From the NCBI GenBank assembly GCA_000002445.1, contig CP000067.1, positions 32,001 through 96,000 of the forward strand: a stretch of 64,000 nt of DNA. Direction: 5' to 3'. The DNA is from Trypanosoma brucei (Eukaryota). The notes below the pieces were generated by a model. It saw only the letters and a program-made list of their open reading frames with translations. It searched no databases and was not told where the DNA came from. Every line of letters starts with the position of its first letter. Positions within the stretch are counted from its first letter, which is position 1. Positions 22,845-35,408 of this stretch are shown here, in pieces. Made by a program: the position numbers and the translations under genes.

Positions 22845-24542
22845 TTAATTCATCATCATATTTCTGATCATCAGCGATAGGGCTTGACATTTGTATGATT
22901 CGACTCCTCCAACATTTCCTTTTACTCTTACAATCTTCACCAACTTGTTCATAACTTCATCGTTCCGCCAGTCAGCCGTGTGTTCAATAATATCATTATA
23001 GCAATATTTATCAGATTTCTTCATAGCTCTCAACGCATCATACACACTTTTCAGATGCCACTCATAACAACCTAAACCAAATATATAACGAGGCAGCGGT
23101 CCAATTAAATTAATGCGTTCCTCCACTATTTTCCACTCATCTTCAATTTCTCTCTTCAATTCGTATCTTCTTCTGTTGGACACCTTTTCTCCTGTATGTA
23201 TTGACAGCTTTTTCCATGCCATAAATGCCTTCATGTCACGCACATCATCGCAGTTCATAATAATTTGGTGGCCTCCCTTATTTGCACTCCACTCATCAAA
23301 ATGGTCACTTTTAGGGAAAGTGAGGAAAGTTACACTCCAAACATCAGAGGGAAGTTGAGTGTATAGTTGCTCCATTGCATACCTTGTGTCCATAACAATG
23401 TGCCCTTTGCTTTCAGATTTCATTTTATTTATGGCAGCAACGGCAGACTCCCAGCGTTCGTATTCATCAACAGTCCCTCTTTCCTCACCCTCTCGGTTGT
23501 ATATCAGGAAGGCAGAATCCTCCAAGAAATATGCAACAACATCAAGCATTCCTTCATTGAAGTGAAGCAGTGAATAAAATAAAAATGATCCAAGGCCACA
23601 TGTTTTACCAATTCCAGACGTGCCAATAATAATATGTATTGGTGGACCCTCAGCTGTTGCTTCCATCCACCATGCTTTCAGACCTCGTTGGATTATATAC
23701 CACACGCGCATAATTTCACGACGGATATATACATGCTTGCAAATTGTCTTGCATCTCTCAGTGTAACCCAATACAAACCTGTTGTATGGCCAACCCTTCT
23801 CCGACGTAAGAACAAAAATCTCCAAACCATTGGATCCTTCCTTTACTCTTGCATCAACATCGGCAGTTTTAGGAGTTATATTCAATTCTGCCTCCGTCCA
23901 TATGCGCTGCGGCCTTCCATCGAATACCTTCATTCCAAGTGGCTCCGCATCATAACCCGACATCACATAACTCCATTTCGCATTGTAAAAAGAATCGTAA
24001 ACATCTCGACAACTTTTGACAGAAACACGCGGCAGAAACCATACTTCTGATTCCGTGACAGCATATTGTACTGCATTCAACCTTCCCCTTGCTACAGGGC
24101 TAATGGAGTTTTTCACCTCTGGAGTTGCACCGTTCACCCAATCGCTGATGGTATAAATTTTTTCCTCTTTAAGGTAGTTTATCCACATTTCTGTTTCAGG
24201 CAGTTTCTCAACAATCCTTTTGTACTCCCTGAACTCATAAAGCCCCTGTATATCCTCAAGAATCTCGGCATCCTTAATATAATCTTCAGGATTCTTAACA
24301 AACGTTTCCATTGACACATTCACTGTGTTATACGTGTTTGAGAAGCATTGATTCAAAAAGTCATGCAGATTCATTTTGGGCAATGTCGCATATTCTTCCA
24401 GCAAAAAATCCCTCACTGTACTGTTCATTTTACAATCAGAAAATCTTTTATATCTCTGCGGCATCTGTGGAGGCTGAGCAGGAGGAGGTGCTACATGTTC
24501 ATCCCGTGGCCTCCTCATGGCTCCTTCAATGTTATTTGGCAC
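22845..24542 (-). CDS. RHS: RHS-like protein, array copy 1. It has the N-terminal RHS domain and P-loop core but lacks the C-terminal RHS domain. The canonical ATG is replaced by ATA, and the first ATG is 8 codons into the track ORF.
   Basis: IIGTSGIGKTCG P-loop. Co-linear with the RHS pseudogene 14048-16410 up to ...YKCQALS, then stop. The track start is GTG; the ATA is at 24592-24594. Confidence 0.65.
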   Translation of the reverse strand: MPNNIEGAMRRPRDEHVAPPPAQPPQMPQRYKRFSDCKMNSTVRDFLLEEYATLPKMNLHDFLNQCFSNTYNTVNVSMETFVKNPEDYIKDAEILEDIQGLYEFREYKRIVEKLPETEMWINYLKEEKIYTISDWVNGATPEVKNSISPVARGRLNAVQYAVTESEVWFLPRVSVKSCRDVYDSFYNAKWSYVMSGYDAEPLGMKVFDGRPQRIWTEAELNITPKTADVDARVKEGSNGLEIFVLTSEKGWPYNRFVLGYTERCKTICKHVYIRREIMRVWYIIQRGLKAWWMEATAEGPPIHIIIGTSGIGKTCGLGSFLFYSLLHFNEGMLDVVAYFLEDSAFLIYNREGEERGTVDEYERWESAVAAINKMKSESKGHIVMDTRYAMEQLYTQLPSDVWSVTFLTFPKSDHFDEWSANKGGHQIIMNCDDVRDMKAFMAWKKLSIHTGEKVSNRRRYELKREIEDEWKIVEERINLIGPLPRYIFGLGCYEWHLKSVYDALRAMKKSDKYCYNDIIEHTADWRNDEVMNKLVKIVRVKGNVGGVESYKCQALSLMIRNMMMN

Positions 24543-24653
24543 TTGTGGGTTTGCGTTATTTCCTTGTGGAGCTGCGGGGCTATTGGCTCTTGATATAACT
24601 ATTTTAACAACCGTTATTAACTTAACTATCTTTTCTTAACTTTACTTTTTTAA

Positions 24654-24710
24654 CTGAAATTATAAATAGCTGAAGTAAAGCAGCCGATGAGGAAAACAAA
24701 AGTGTGTGAA
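24654..24710 (-). promoter_or_regulatory. Putative polypyrimidine tract plus AG trans-splice acceptor region for array copy 1. Equivalent sites exist in the other units.
   Basis: The sense strand reads cacacttttgttttcctcatcggctgctttacttcag, with AG about 110 nt upstream of the coding start. Inferred from sequence context only. Confidence 0.3.
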
Positions 24711-27700
24711 TTGTGTAACATAATATCAAATGTGATAGAGCAAGATAATATTTATTTACCGCTGTTTGCATAATATGATATCATAATGTATTTGATATTA
24801 AGGAAAACAATTTCAAAATATAGTAGCTGTTAATAAATTATTTCCCTTGCTTCATCATTATGTGCCAAATATAATTAATTTCCTGTATCATTCTTTTTAA
24901 ACCATATATAATATGGAAACAAAAAATATTACTGCCTCATACACCTGAATAAACACTTTGTATAGAGTTGACAGTTGTGAAAGGTCAAATTCTATTAATT
25001 AAAATCATTTTTTAAAAATAAACAATAAGCAGAAATATATATGGATATTAATGAAAGGGGAAAAGAATATCGGCACGAGGTATGGATATACACACATTAG
25101 TACAGACACATGAATACACAACTGTTTTCCTGCTATTTCCTCCTTTCTGCCAATACGAGGCATTCAGTTGTATTGAAGGAACTCGTTGAAATATAAATCA
25201 TTTTTCTAACCCATATACTTACCACCGGAATAACGTATTGAATAATCTCTGTATGATATTTATGGAATTGATAATTCTTTTTTCCCCTTTTATAACGTGG
25301 AATGCTGATGCAGCTCTTGGTAGTGTTTCACCAGCAGTCTTCATTGAGATTCCATGCGGTGTCGTAGCATTGTGAGGAGAGTTCTGGGCAGAGGAGACCC
25401 GGGTTCCGCAATGTTGGATTCAGTGTGGGGCCGACATTGGCTCACGATAGGACTCATGAAGGAGCTTGTGAGAGTTCTCTTTTCATGCGCAATCCGAAAG
25501 AGTAGAGGACAATGAATTTATGTCTCCGGTAAAAGAGAGGTTCATCACGTTGTTCACTATATTTGCTTCCGCCTCGTTCATTTAGTGGTTGTTGTGACCC
25601 TTTTTTCTGGGGTGGGGGATTTCTGTCCCTCTTTTCCTCAATGCTACCGCTTTGTCTCGAGTTTTGTGTGTCTGCTTTTGTGCCTTGGTGAAACTCAAAA
25701 GAAACGCTAGCGAAAGGCTCACAGAAGTTAATAAATATATTTGTAGAAATAATCCAATAATGGACCTCTTTTGAGGAATGGTGAGTGAAAAAAATGGTGC
25801 AAAAAAACATTGAAAATTTATGCCACATGGACAAGTGCTTTATAATGTTCCCACTGTGTGGAAATATGGAATATATAAGGAACATATGAGAGGCAGTGAA
25901 TAGTTATAGAACAAACGGAATATATGGAGAACAAGAAACGTAGGGAATATATCAAATGTATGGTATATATGGAATGTATGAGAGGCAAAAAGTATGGAAA
26001 AACTTTGTTAATTGAATATACATTCATGTATTCTCAGGTGCTGGATGTGTTTGTGCGTGTATTTATATGTATGTGTTCTCTGCTTTATATATCACTAAAT
26101 ATTTTACACATTTCATTTTACTTTGCGTATGCTAATAGCTTGTTTTTCCTTGCATCAATTCATGGAAATATCTATTAGAGAAATAATAATTTACTTTTTC
26201 TCTTCCTTTCCCGCTAATGTTTCACCGCCTATTTCCATTCCTTATAAATACTGTAAATTTCTTTTGTTACTGTAACTATTTCCAAAAAAAATGTAAGTAA
26301 GACAGTTTAAGCATTACACATCATAATATCTCCAAACTCCTTCTATGTTATGTTAAGCTACAAATATTTTCATTCCCATTAATTTTATTCAGCAGAACAT
26401 ACAAAACACCCTCAAAAGTCCTTCCTTCCTTTCTTTATTTTTTTTTTTGAAATCATAATATATCTTGTGGAATATACAAATATATAATAACCATAAATGT
26501 GTTATATATCATCAAAACATCAGCAGCTTCACGACATAATTGTGTCCTTCAATAAGCAGTGGTTGTGTTTCCTTTTATTTTATCTCAGAGTCAAACTAAT
26601 TAATTAATTACTAACAGCATCCTCCAAAAATGTTTCTTCTATTTTCTTGGATCACTCAGCAGCGTAACACCGGAGTATTGAAATAAAGAGTCACAGTTCA
26701 AAGAATACAAAACAGTAAAAAAAATAAACAGAGGCTCGCACCTTCACAATTGGTTGCATTTGGATATATCAAACGCATTTATACACTTGCATTCCTTGTG
26801 TTTCTTTTTTGGGGGAGGGTAAATGCAAAATGTATCAAGTTGACGAGTAGAAGAAATACAGCACTTGATATAATTTCACTTACATATAAGCTTTCGTTTC
26901 CCACTTTATTCTAATTCATAATATTTAGATAGCAATGTAATGCAGTATTCAGCAATAAACATTTTAACCATAAATATAGTAACTAATGTGTGAATGGTAG
27001 CCCATGGCGATACATTCCATATGGAACAATACCACATTGTTAAATATATACATCGAATTAAAACTATAGCACTAAATTGAAAATGAAAAATTAGAAGAGA
27101 GAAAGATATGAATTATCAAAAGAGGCATATTCTTCACTAACATGCACTTGTTTCAATACAATCATAATTTCAAATTACTTTAAATGATAAGTGGCCCAAT
27201 GTCCTGAAATGACACAATAACAATGATTTCATTATAGCACCTGTAAAATAATGATATGAAATAAAATAAATAATAAAAATAAATAAAAATACAGCAAGCA
27301 CTGCAGAATATATTTTACTGCTATAACCATTTGCCAACAGATGAATAGCTTTGCTCATTGGAAGAAAATAATTAAATTCAAACTTCCTATGACTATGCCA
27401 GTGTTAATGAGCTACGTGTGGGACTCAAAAAAAAAAACAAAAAGTTTATTTTAAATAAACATGAAGAAAAGAAAAACTTCTCATGAAACCATAAGGGTAT
27501 CCGTGTGAGTTATGTGCTGCTGTCAAACATAGTTAACTTCACAACCCTTAAGAAAGAGAGAAATAATAAAAGTAAAATGTAAACAAAAATAAAGGTAAGA
27601 TATATAATACACTTATGCTTAACTAAATGTAACATGTCATACGTAAAGGTGATAAAATAATAATCACAATGTAATGTTATCAATGCTTTCCTTCGCAAAC

Positions 27701-28276
27701 GAAAACTGTCACATCTCAATGTGTTCTTTCAAATTAATATAAAGGAACCAGCTGTGTTTGTATAATATTCTACAATGTCATTTGGCATTGTCCAATGCTC
27801 ACTCAAAAAACTCCTTCGTTTTGTTGCGATGTAGCTGTTGTCAGTTGTGCTCTTTTTTTATTTTATTTTTTAACATACAACTATGGGTTTCCGTAATCCT
27901 CTCAATATTGCTGCAGTTCCCATCATTAAAAAAAAACAAAAGAAATCCATCAAAATAGCGTAACTGGAGTATAAGATGTTGTAGAGAACAATGTATTTAT
28001 TTTGAGTAATGGAACTCTGTGAGGTCGAAGACAATAATCCTAAACGATTGAACCGAAACTTTCATTGCCCCATGCCTGTAAAATAATAATTTAATTGCTC
28101 AACGCATATTCTCATCCTGCAGTAAGTAGTTCAAACAATTTCGTACACACATGAAACACTGGAAGGAAAAGAAAACATATACATTGCATAAACCTTTACT
28201 AAATGAAAATACTATTTTTGGTATCGAGTTCACCATGTGTTACAGAGCCACATTTCACTAACATGCTAAAGCATAA

Positions 28277-29974
28277 TTAATTCATCATCATATTTCTGAT
28301 CATCAGCGATAGGGCTTGACATTTGTATGATTCGACTCCTCCAACATTTCCTTTTACTCTTACAATCTTCACCAACTTGTTCATAACTTCATCGTTCCGC
28401 CAGTCAGCCGTGTGTTCAATAATATCATTATAGCAATATTTATCAGATTTCTTCATAGCTCTCAACGCATCATACACACTTTTCAGATGCCACTCATAAC
28501 AACCTAAACCAAATATATAACGAGGCAGCGGTCCAATTAAATTAATGCGTCCCTCCACTATTTTCCACTCATCTTCAATTTCTCTCTTCAATTCGTATCT
28601 TCTTCTGTTGGACACCTTTTCTCCTGTATGTATTGACAGCTTTTTCCATGCCATAAATGCCTTCATGTCACGCACATCATCGCAGTTTATAATAATATGG
28701 TGGCCTCCCTTATTTGCACTCCACTCATCAAAATGGGCACTTTTAGGGAAAGTGAGGAAAGTTACACTCCAAACATCAGAGGGAAGTTGAGTGTATAGTT
28801 CCTCCATTGCATACCTTGTGTCCATAACAATGTGCCCTTTGCTTTCAGATTTCATTTTATTTATGGCAGAAACGGCAGACTCCCAGCGTTTGTATTCATC
28901 AACAGTCCCTCTTCCCTCACCCTCTCGGTTGTATATCAGGAAGGCAGCATCCTCCAAGAAATATGCAACAACATCAAGCATTCCTTCATTGAAGTGAAGC
29001 AGTGAATAAAATAAAAATGATCCAAGGCCACATGTTTTACCAATTCCAGACGTGCCAATAATAATATGTATTGGTGGACCCTCAGCTGTTGCTTCCATCC
29101 ACCATGCTTTCAGACCTCGTTGGATTATATACCACACGCGCATAATTTCACGACGGATATATACATGCTTGCAAATTGTCTTGCATCTCTCAGTGTAACC
29201 CAATACAAACCTGTTGTATGGCCAACCCTTCTCCGACGTAAGAACAAAAATCTCCAAACCATTGGATCCTTCCTTTACTCTTGCATCAACATCGGCAGTT
29301 TTAGGAGTTATATTCAATTCTGCCTCCGTCCATATGCGCTGCGGCCTTCCATCGAATACCTTCATTCCAAGTGGCTCCGCATCATAACCCGACATCACAT
29401 AACTCCATTTCGCATTGTAAAAAGAATCGTAAACATCTCGACAACTTTTGACAGAAACACGCGGCAGAAACCATACTTCTGATTCCGTGACAGCATGTTG
29501 TACTGCATTCAACCTTCCCCTTGCTACGGGGCTAATGGAGTTTTTCACCTCTGGAGTTGCACCGTTCACCCAATCGCTGATGGTAAAAATTTTTTCCTCT
29601 TTTAGGTAGTTTATCCACATTTCTGTTTCAGGCAGTTTCTCAACAATCCTTTTGTACTCCCTGAACTCATAAAGCCCCTGTATATCCTCAAGAATCTCGG
29701 CATCCTTAATATAATCTTCAGGATTCTTAACAAACGTTTCCATTGACACATTCACTGTGTTATACGTGTTTGAGAAGCATTGATTCAAAAAGTCATGCAG
29801 ATTCATTTTGGGCAATGTCGCATATCTTTCCAGCAAAAAATCCCTCACTGTACTGTTCATTTTCCAATCAGAAAATCTTTTATATCTCTGCGGCATCTGT
29901 GGAGGCTGAGCAGGAGGAGGTGCTACATGTTCATCCCGTGGCCTCCTCATGGGCCCTTCAATGTTATTTGGCAC
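28277..29974 (-). CDS. RHS: RHS-like protein, array copy 2 (C-terminal domain absent, ATA at the canonical start position).
   Basis: About 98% identical to copies 3 and 4. The ATA is at 30026-30028. Confidence 0.65.
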   Translation of the reverse strand: MPNNIEGPMRRPRDEHVAPPPAQPPQMPQRYKRFSDWKMNSTVRDFLLERYATLPKMNLHDFLNQCFSNTYNTVNVSMETFVKNPEDYIKDAEILEDIQGLYEFREYKRIVEKLPETEMWINYLKEEKIFTISDWVNGATPEVKNSISPVARGRLNAVQHAVTESEVWFLPRVSVKSCRDVYDSFYNAKWSYVMSGYDAEPLGMKVFDGRPQRIWTEAELNITPKTADVDARVKEGSNGLEIFVLTSEKGWPYNRFVLGYTERCKTICKHVYIRREIMRVWYIIQRGLKAWWMEATAEGPPIHIIIGTSGIGKTCGLGSFLFYSLLHFNEGMLDVVAYFLEDAAFLIYNREGEGRGTVDEYKRWESAVSAINKMKSESKGHIVMDTRYAMEELYTQLPSDVWSVTFLTFPKSAHFDEWSANKGGHHIIINCDDVRDMKAFMAWKKLSIHTGEKVSNRRRYELKREIEDEWKIVEGRINLIGPLPRYIFGLGCYEWHLKSVYDALRAMKKSDKYCYNDIIEHTADWRNDEVMNKLVKIVRVKGNVGGVESYKCQALSLMIRNMMMN

Positions 29975-32900
29975 TTGTGGGTTTGCGTTATTTCCTTGTG
30001 GAGCTGCGGGGCTATTGGCTTTTGATATTACAATTATAATAATAATTATTATCTTAACTATCTTTTCTTAACTTTACTTTTTTAACTGAAATTATAAATA
30101 GCTGAAGTAAAGCAGCCGATGAGGAAAACAAAAGTGTGTGAATTGTGTAACATAATATCAAAAGTAATAGAGCAAGATAATATTTATTTACCGCTGTTTG
30201 CATAATATGATATCATAATGTATTTGATATTAAGGAAAACAATTTCAAAATATAGTAGCTGTTAATAAATATTTCCCTTACTTCATTATCATGTGCCAAA
30301 TATAATTAATTTCATGTATCATTTCTTTTTAAACAACGAATAATATGGAAACAAAAAATATTACTGCCTCATACACCTGAATAAACACTTTGTATAGAGT
30401 TGACAGTTGTGAAAGGTCAAATTCTATTAATTAAAATCATTTTTTAAAAATAAACAATAAGCAGAAAAATATATGGATATTAATGAAAGGGGAAAAGAAT
30501 ATCGGCACGAGGTATGGATATACACACATTAGTACAGACACATGAATACACAACTGTTTTCCTGCTATTTCCTCCTTTCTGCCAATACGAGGCATTCAGT
30601 TGTATTGAAGGAACTCGTTGAAATATAAATCATTTTTCTAACCCATATACTTACCACCGGAATAACGTATTGAATAATCTCTGTATGATATTTATGGAAT
30701 TGATAATTCTTTTTTCCCCTTTTATAACGTGGAATGCTGATGCAGCTCTTGGTAGTGTTTCACCAGCAGTCTTCATTGAGATTCCATGCGGTGTCGTAGC
30801 ATTGTGAGGAGAGTTCTGGGCAGAGGAGACCCGGGTTCCGCAATGTTGGATTCAGTGTGGGGCCGACATTGGCTCACGATAGGACTCATGAAGGAGCTTG
30901 TGAGAGTTCTCTTTTCATGCGCAATCCGAAAGAGTAGAGGACAATGAAGTTATGTCTCCGGTAAAAGAGAGGTTCATCACGTTGTTCACTATATTTGCTT
31001 CCGCCTCGTTCATTTAGTGGTTGTTGTGACCTTTTTTTTTTCTGGGGTGGGGGATTTCTGTCCCTCTTTTCCTCAATGCTACCGCTTTGTCTCGAGTTTT
31101 GTGTGTCTGCGTTTGTGCCTTGGTGAAACTCAAAAGAAACGCTAGCGAAAGGCTCACAGAAGGTAATAAATATATTTGTAGAAATAATCCAATAATGGAC
31201 CTCTTTTGAGGAATGGTGAGTGAAAAAAATGGTGCAAAAAAACATTGAAAATTTATGCCACATGGACAAGTGCTTTATAATGTTCCCACTGTATAGAAAT
31301 ATGGAATATATAAGGAACATATGGGAGGCAGTGAATATTTATAGAACAAACGGAATATATGGAGAACAAGAAACGTAGGGAATATATCAAATGTATGGTA
31401 TATATGGAATGTATGAGAGGCAAAAAGTATGGAAAAACTTTGTTAATTGAATATACATTCATGTATTCTCAGGTGCTGGATGTGTTTGTGCGTGTATTTG
31501 TATGTATGTGTTCTCTGCTTTATATATCACTAAATATTTTACACATTTCATTTTACTTTGCGTATGCTAATAGCTTGTTTTTCCTTGCATCAATTCATGG
31601 AAATATCTATTAGAGAAATAATAATTTACTTTTTCTCTTTCTTTCCCGCTAATGTTTCACCGCCTATTTTCATTCCTTATAAATACTGTAAATTTCTTTT
31701 TGTTACTGTAACTATTTCCAAAAAAAATGTAATGGAGACACTTTAAGCATTACATATCATAATATCTCTAAACTCCTTCTATGTTATGTTAAGTTACTAA
31801 TATTTTCATTCCCATTAATTTTATTCAGCAGAACATACAAAACACCCTCAAAAGTCCTTCCTTCCTTTCTTTATTTTTTTTTTGAAATCATAATATATCT
31901 TGTGGAATATACAAATATATAATAACCATAAATGTGTTATATATCTTCACAACATCAGAAGCTTCACGACATAATTGTGTTCCTCAAGAAGCAGTGGTTG
32001 TGTTTCCTTTTACTTTCTCTCAGAGTCAAACTAATTAATTAATTACTAATAACTTCCTCCAAAGATATTGCTTCTATTTTCTTGGATCAACGAGCAGCGT
32101 AACACCGGAGTATTGAAATGAAGAGTCACAGTTCAAAGAATATAAAACACAGAATAAATAGACAGAGACTCGCACCTTCACAATTGGTTGCATTTGGATA
32201 CATCAAACATATTTTTTCGCCTCCTTGTGTTTTTTTGGACGTGGGAGGGGTAAATGCAAAATGCAAAATGTATCAAGTTGACGAGTAGCAGAAATACAAC
32301 ACTTGATATAATTTCACTTACATATAAGCTTTCGTTTCCCACTTTATTCTAATTCATAATATTTTGATAGCAATGTAATGCAGTATTCAGCCATAAACAT
32401 TTTAGCCATAAATATAGTAACTAATGTGTGAATGGTAGCCCATGGCGATACATTCCATATGAAACAATACCACATTGTTAAATATATACATGGAATTAAA
32501 ACTATAGCACTAAATTGAAAATGAAAAATTAAAAGAGAAAAAGATATGAATTATCAAAAGAGGCATATTCTTCACTAACATGCATTTGTTTCAATACAAT
32601 CATAATTTGAAATTACTTTAAATGATAAGTGGCCCAATGTCCTGAAATGACACAATAACAATGATTTCATTATAGCACCTGTAAAATAATGATATGCAAT
32701 AAAGTAAATAATAAAAATAAATAAAAATACAGCAAGCACTGCAGAATATATTTTACTGCTATAACCATTTGCCAACAGATGAATAGCTTTGCTCATTGGA
32801 AGAAAATAATTAAATTCAAACTTCCTATGATTCTGCCAGTGTTAGTGAGCTACGTGTGGGACTCAAAAAACACAAAAGTTTATTTTAAATAAACATGAAG

Positions 32901-33710
32901 AAAAGAAAAACTTCTCATGAAACCATAAGGGTACCCCTGTGAGTTATGTGCTGCTGTAAAACATAGTTAACTTCACAACCCTTAAGAAAGAGAGAAATAA
33001 TAAAAGTAAAATGTAAACAAAAATAAAGGTAAGATATATAATACACTTATGCTTAACTAAATGTAACATGTCATACGTAAAGGTGATAAAATAATAATCA
33101 CAATGTAATGTTATCAATGCTTTCCTTCACAAACAAAAACTGTCACATCTCAATGTGTTCTTCCAAATTAATATAAAGGAACCAGCTGTGTTTGTATAAT
33201 ATTCTACAATGTCATTTGGCATTGTCCAATGCTCACTCAAAAAACTCCTTCGTTTTGTTGCGATGTAGCTGTTTTCAGTTGTGCTCTTTTTTTATTTTAT
33301 TTTTTAACATACAACTATGGGTTTCCGTAATCCTCTCAATATTGCTGCAGTTCCCATCATTAAAAAAAAACAAAAGAAATCCATCAAAATAGCGTAACTG
33401 GAGTATAAGATGTTGTAGAGAACAATGTATTTATTTTGAGTAATGGAACTCTGTGAGGTCGAAGACAATAATCCGAAACGATTGAACCGAAACTTTCATT
33501 GCCCCATGCCTGTAAAATAATAATTTAATTGCTCAACGCATATTCTCATCCTGCAGTAAGTAGTTCAAACAATTTCGTACACACATGAAACACTGGAAGG
33601 AAAAGAAAACATATACATTGCATAAACCTTTACTAAATGAAAATACTATTTTTGGTATCGAGTTCACCAAGTGTTGCAGAGCCACATTTCACTAACATGC
33701 TAAAGCATAA

Positions 33711-35408
33711 TTAATTCATCATCATATTTCTGATCATAAGCGATAGGGCTTGACATTTGTATGATTCGACTCCTCCAACATTTCCTTTTACTCTTACAAT
33801 CTTCACCAACTTGTTCATAACTTCATCGTTCCGCCAGTCAGCCGTGTGTTCAATAATATCATTATAGCAATATTTATCAGATTTCTTCATAGCTCTCAAC
33901 GCATCATACACACTTTTCAGATGCCACTCATAACAACCTAAACCAAATATATAACGAGGCAGCGGTCCAATTAAATTAATGCGTCCCTCCACTATTTTCC
34001 ACTCATCTTCAATTTCTCTCTTCAATTCGTATCTTCTTCTGTTGGACACCTTTTCTCCTGTATGTATTGACAGCTTTTTCCATGCCATAAATGCCTTCAT
34101 GTCACGCACATCATCGCAGTTTATAATAATATGGTGGCCTCCCTTATTTGCACTCCACTCATCAAAATGGGCACTTTTAGGGAAAGTGAGGAAAGTTACA
34201 CTCCAAACATCAGAGGGAAGTTGAGTGTATAGTTCCTCCATTGCATACCTTGTGTCCATAACAATGTGCCCTTTGCTTTCAGATTTCATTTTATTTATGG
34301 CAGCAACGGCAGACTCCCAGCGTTTGTATTCATCAACAGTCCCTCTTCCCTCACCCTCTCGGTTGTATATCAGGAAGGCAGCATCCTCCAAGAAATATGC
34401 AACAACATCAAGCATTCCTTCATTGAAGTGAAGCAGTGAATAAAATAAAAATGATCCAAGGCCACATGTTTTACCAATTCCAGACGTGCCAATAATAATA
34501 TGTATTGGTGGACCCTCAGCTGTTGCTTCCATCCACCATGCTTTCAGACCTCGTTGGATTATATACCACACGCGCATAATTTCACGACGGATATATACAT
34601 GCTTGCAAATTGTCTTGCATCTCTCAGTGTAACCCAATACAAACCTGTTGTATGGCCAACCCTTCTCCGACGTAAGAACAAAAATCTCCAAACCATTGGA
34701 TCCTTCCTTTACTCTTGCATCAAAATCGGCAGTTTTAGGAGTTATATTCAATTCTGCCTCCGTCCATATGCGCTGCGGCCTTCCATCGAATACCTTCATT
34801 CCAAGTGGCTCCGCATCATAACCCGACATCACATAACTCCATTTCGCATTGTAAAAAGAATCGTAAACATCTCGACAACTTTTGACAGAAACACGCGGCA
34901 GAAACCATACTTCTGATTCCGTGACAGCATGTTGTACTGCATTCAACCTTCCCCTTGCTACGGGGCTAATGGAGTTTTTCACCTCTGGAGTTGCACCGTT
35001 CACCCAATCGCTGATGGTAAAAATTTTTTCCTCTTTAAGGTAGTTTATCCACATTTCTGTTTCAGGCAGTTTCTCAACAATCCTTTTGTACTCCCTGAAC
35101 TCATAAAGCCCCTGTATATCCTCAAGAATCTCGGCATCCTTAATATAATCTTCAGGATTCTTAACAAACGTTTCCATTGACACATTCACTGTGTTATACG
35201 TGTTTGAGAAGCATTGATTCAAAAAGTCATGCAGATTCATTTTGGGCAATGTCGCATATTCTTCCAGCAAAAAATCCCTCACTGTACTGTTCATTTTCCA
35301 ATCAGAAAATCTTTTATATCTCTGCGGCATCTGTGGAGGCTGAGCAGGAGGAGGTGCTACATGTTCATCCCGTGGCCTCCTCATGGGCCCTTCAATGTTA
35401 TTTGGCAC
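33711..35408 (-). CDS. RHS: RHS-like protein, array copy 3 (C-terminal domain absent, GTA at the canonical start position).
   Basis: Near-identical to copies 2 and 4. Confidence 0.65.
   Translation of the reverse strand: MPNNIEGPMRRPRDEHVAPPPAQPPQMPQRYKRFSDWKMNSTVRDFLLEEYATLPKMNLHDFLNQCFSNTYNTVNVSMETFVKNPEDYIKDAEILEDIQGLYEFREYKRIVEKLPETEMWINYLKEEKIFTISDWVNGATPEVKNSISPVARGRLNAVQHAVTESEVWFLPRVSVKSCRDVYDSFYNAKWSYVMSGYDAEPLGMKVFDGRPQRIWTEAELNITPKTADFDARVKEGSNGLEIFVLTSEKGWPYNRFVLGYTERCKTICKHVYIRREIMRVWYIIQRGLKAWWMEATAEGPPIHIIIGTSGIGKTCGLGSFLFYSLLHFNEGMLDVVAYFLEDAAFLIYNREGEGRGTVDEYKRWESAVAAINKMKSESKGHIVMDTRYAMEELYTQLPSDVWSVTFLTFPKSAHFDEWSANKGGHHIIINCDDVRDMKAFMAWKKLSIHTGEKVSNRRRYELKREIEDEWKIVEGRINLIGPLPRYIFGLGCYEWHLKSVYDALRAMKKSDKYCYNDIIEHTADWRNDEVMNKLVKIVRVKGNVGGVESYKCQALSLMIRNMMMN

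Noticed and set aside
25300-25730. GC-rich island as a tRNA or other known small RNA gene
   Set aside because: No cloverleaf with a GTTCGAATC-type T-arm could be built, and there is no match to remembered 5S, SL or 7SL RNA sequences. It is kept as an unexplained finding rather than an RNA feature.
25454-25885. 143-aa minus-strand ORF recurring in each spacer (25454-25885, 30886-31320, 36319-36750, 41755-42186)
   Set aside because: It is low-complexity and spans the GC-rich island plus AT-rich filler. Its recurrence follows from near-identical repeat units rather than selective constraint, and its length differs between units through indels.
29066-29482. Plus-strand ORFs of 80-138 aa repeated in every array unit (for example 23634-24050, 29066-29482, 34500-34916)
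   Set aside because: They lie antisense inside the minus-strand RHS coding sequences and are repeated only because the unit is repeated. They are shadow ORFs of a coding region.
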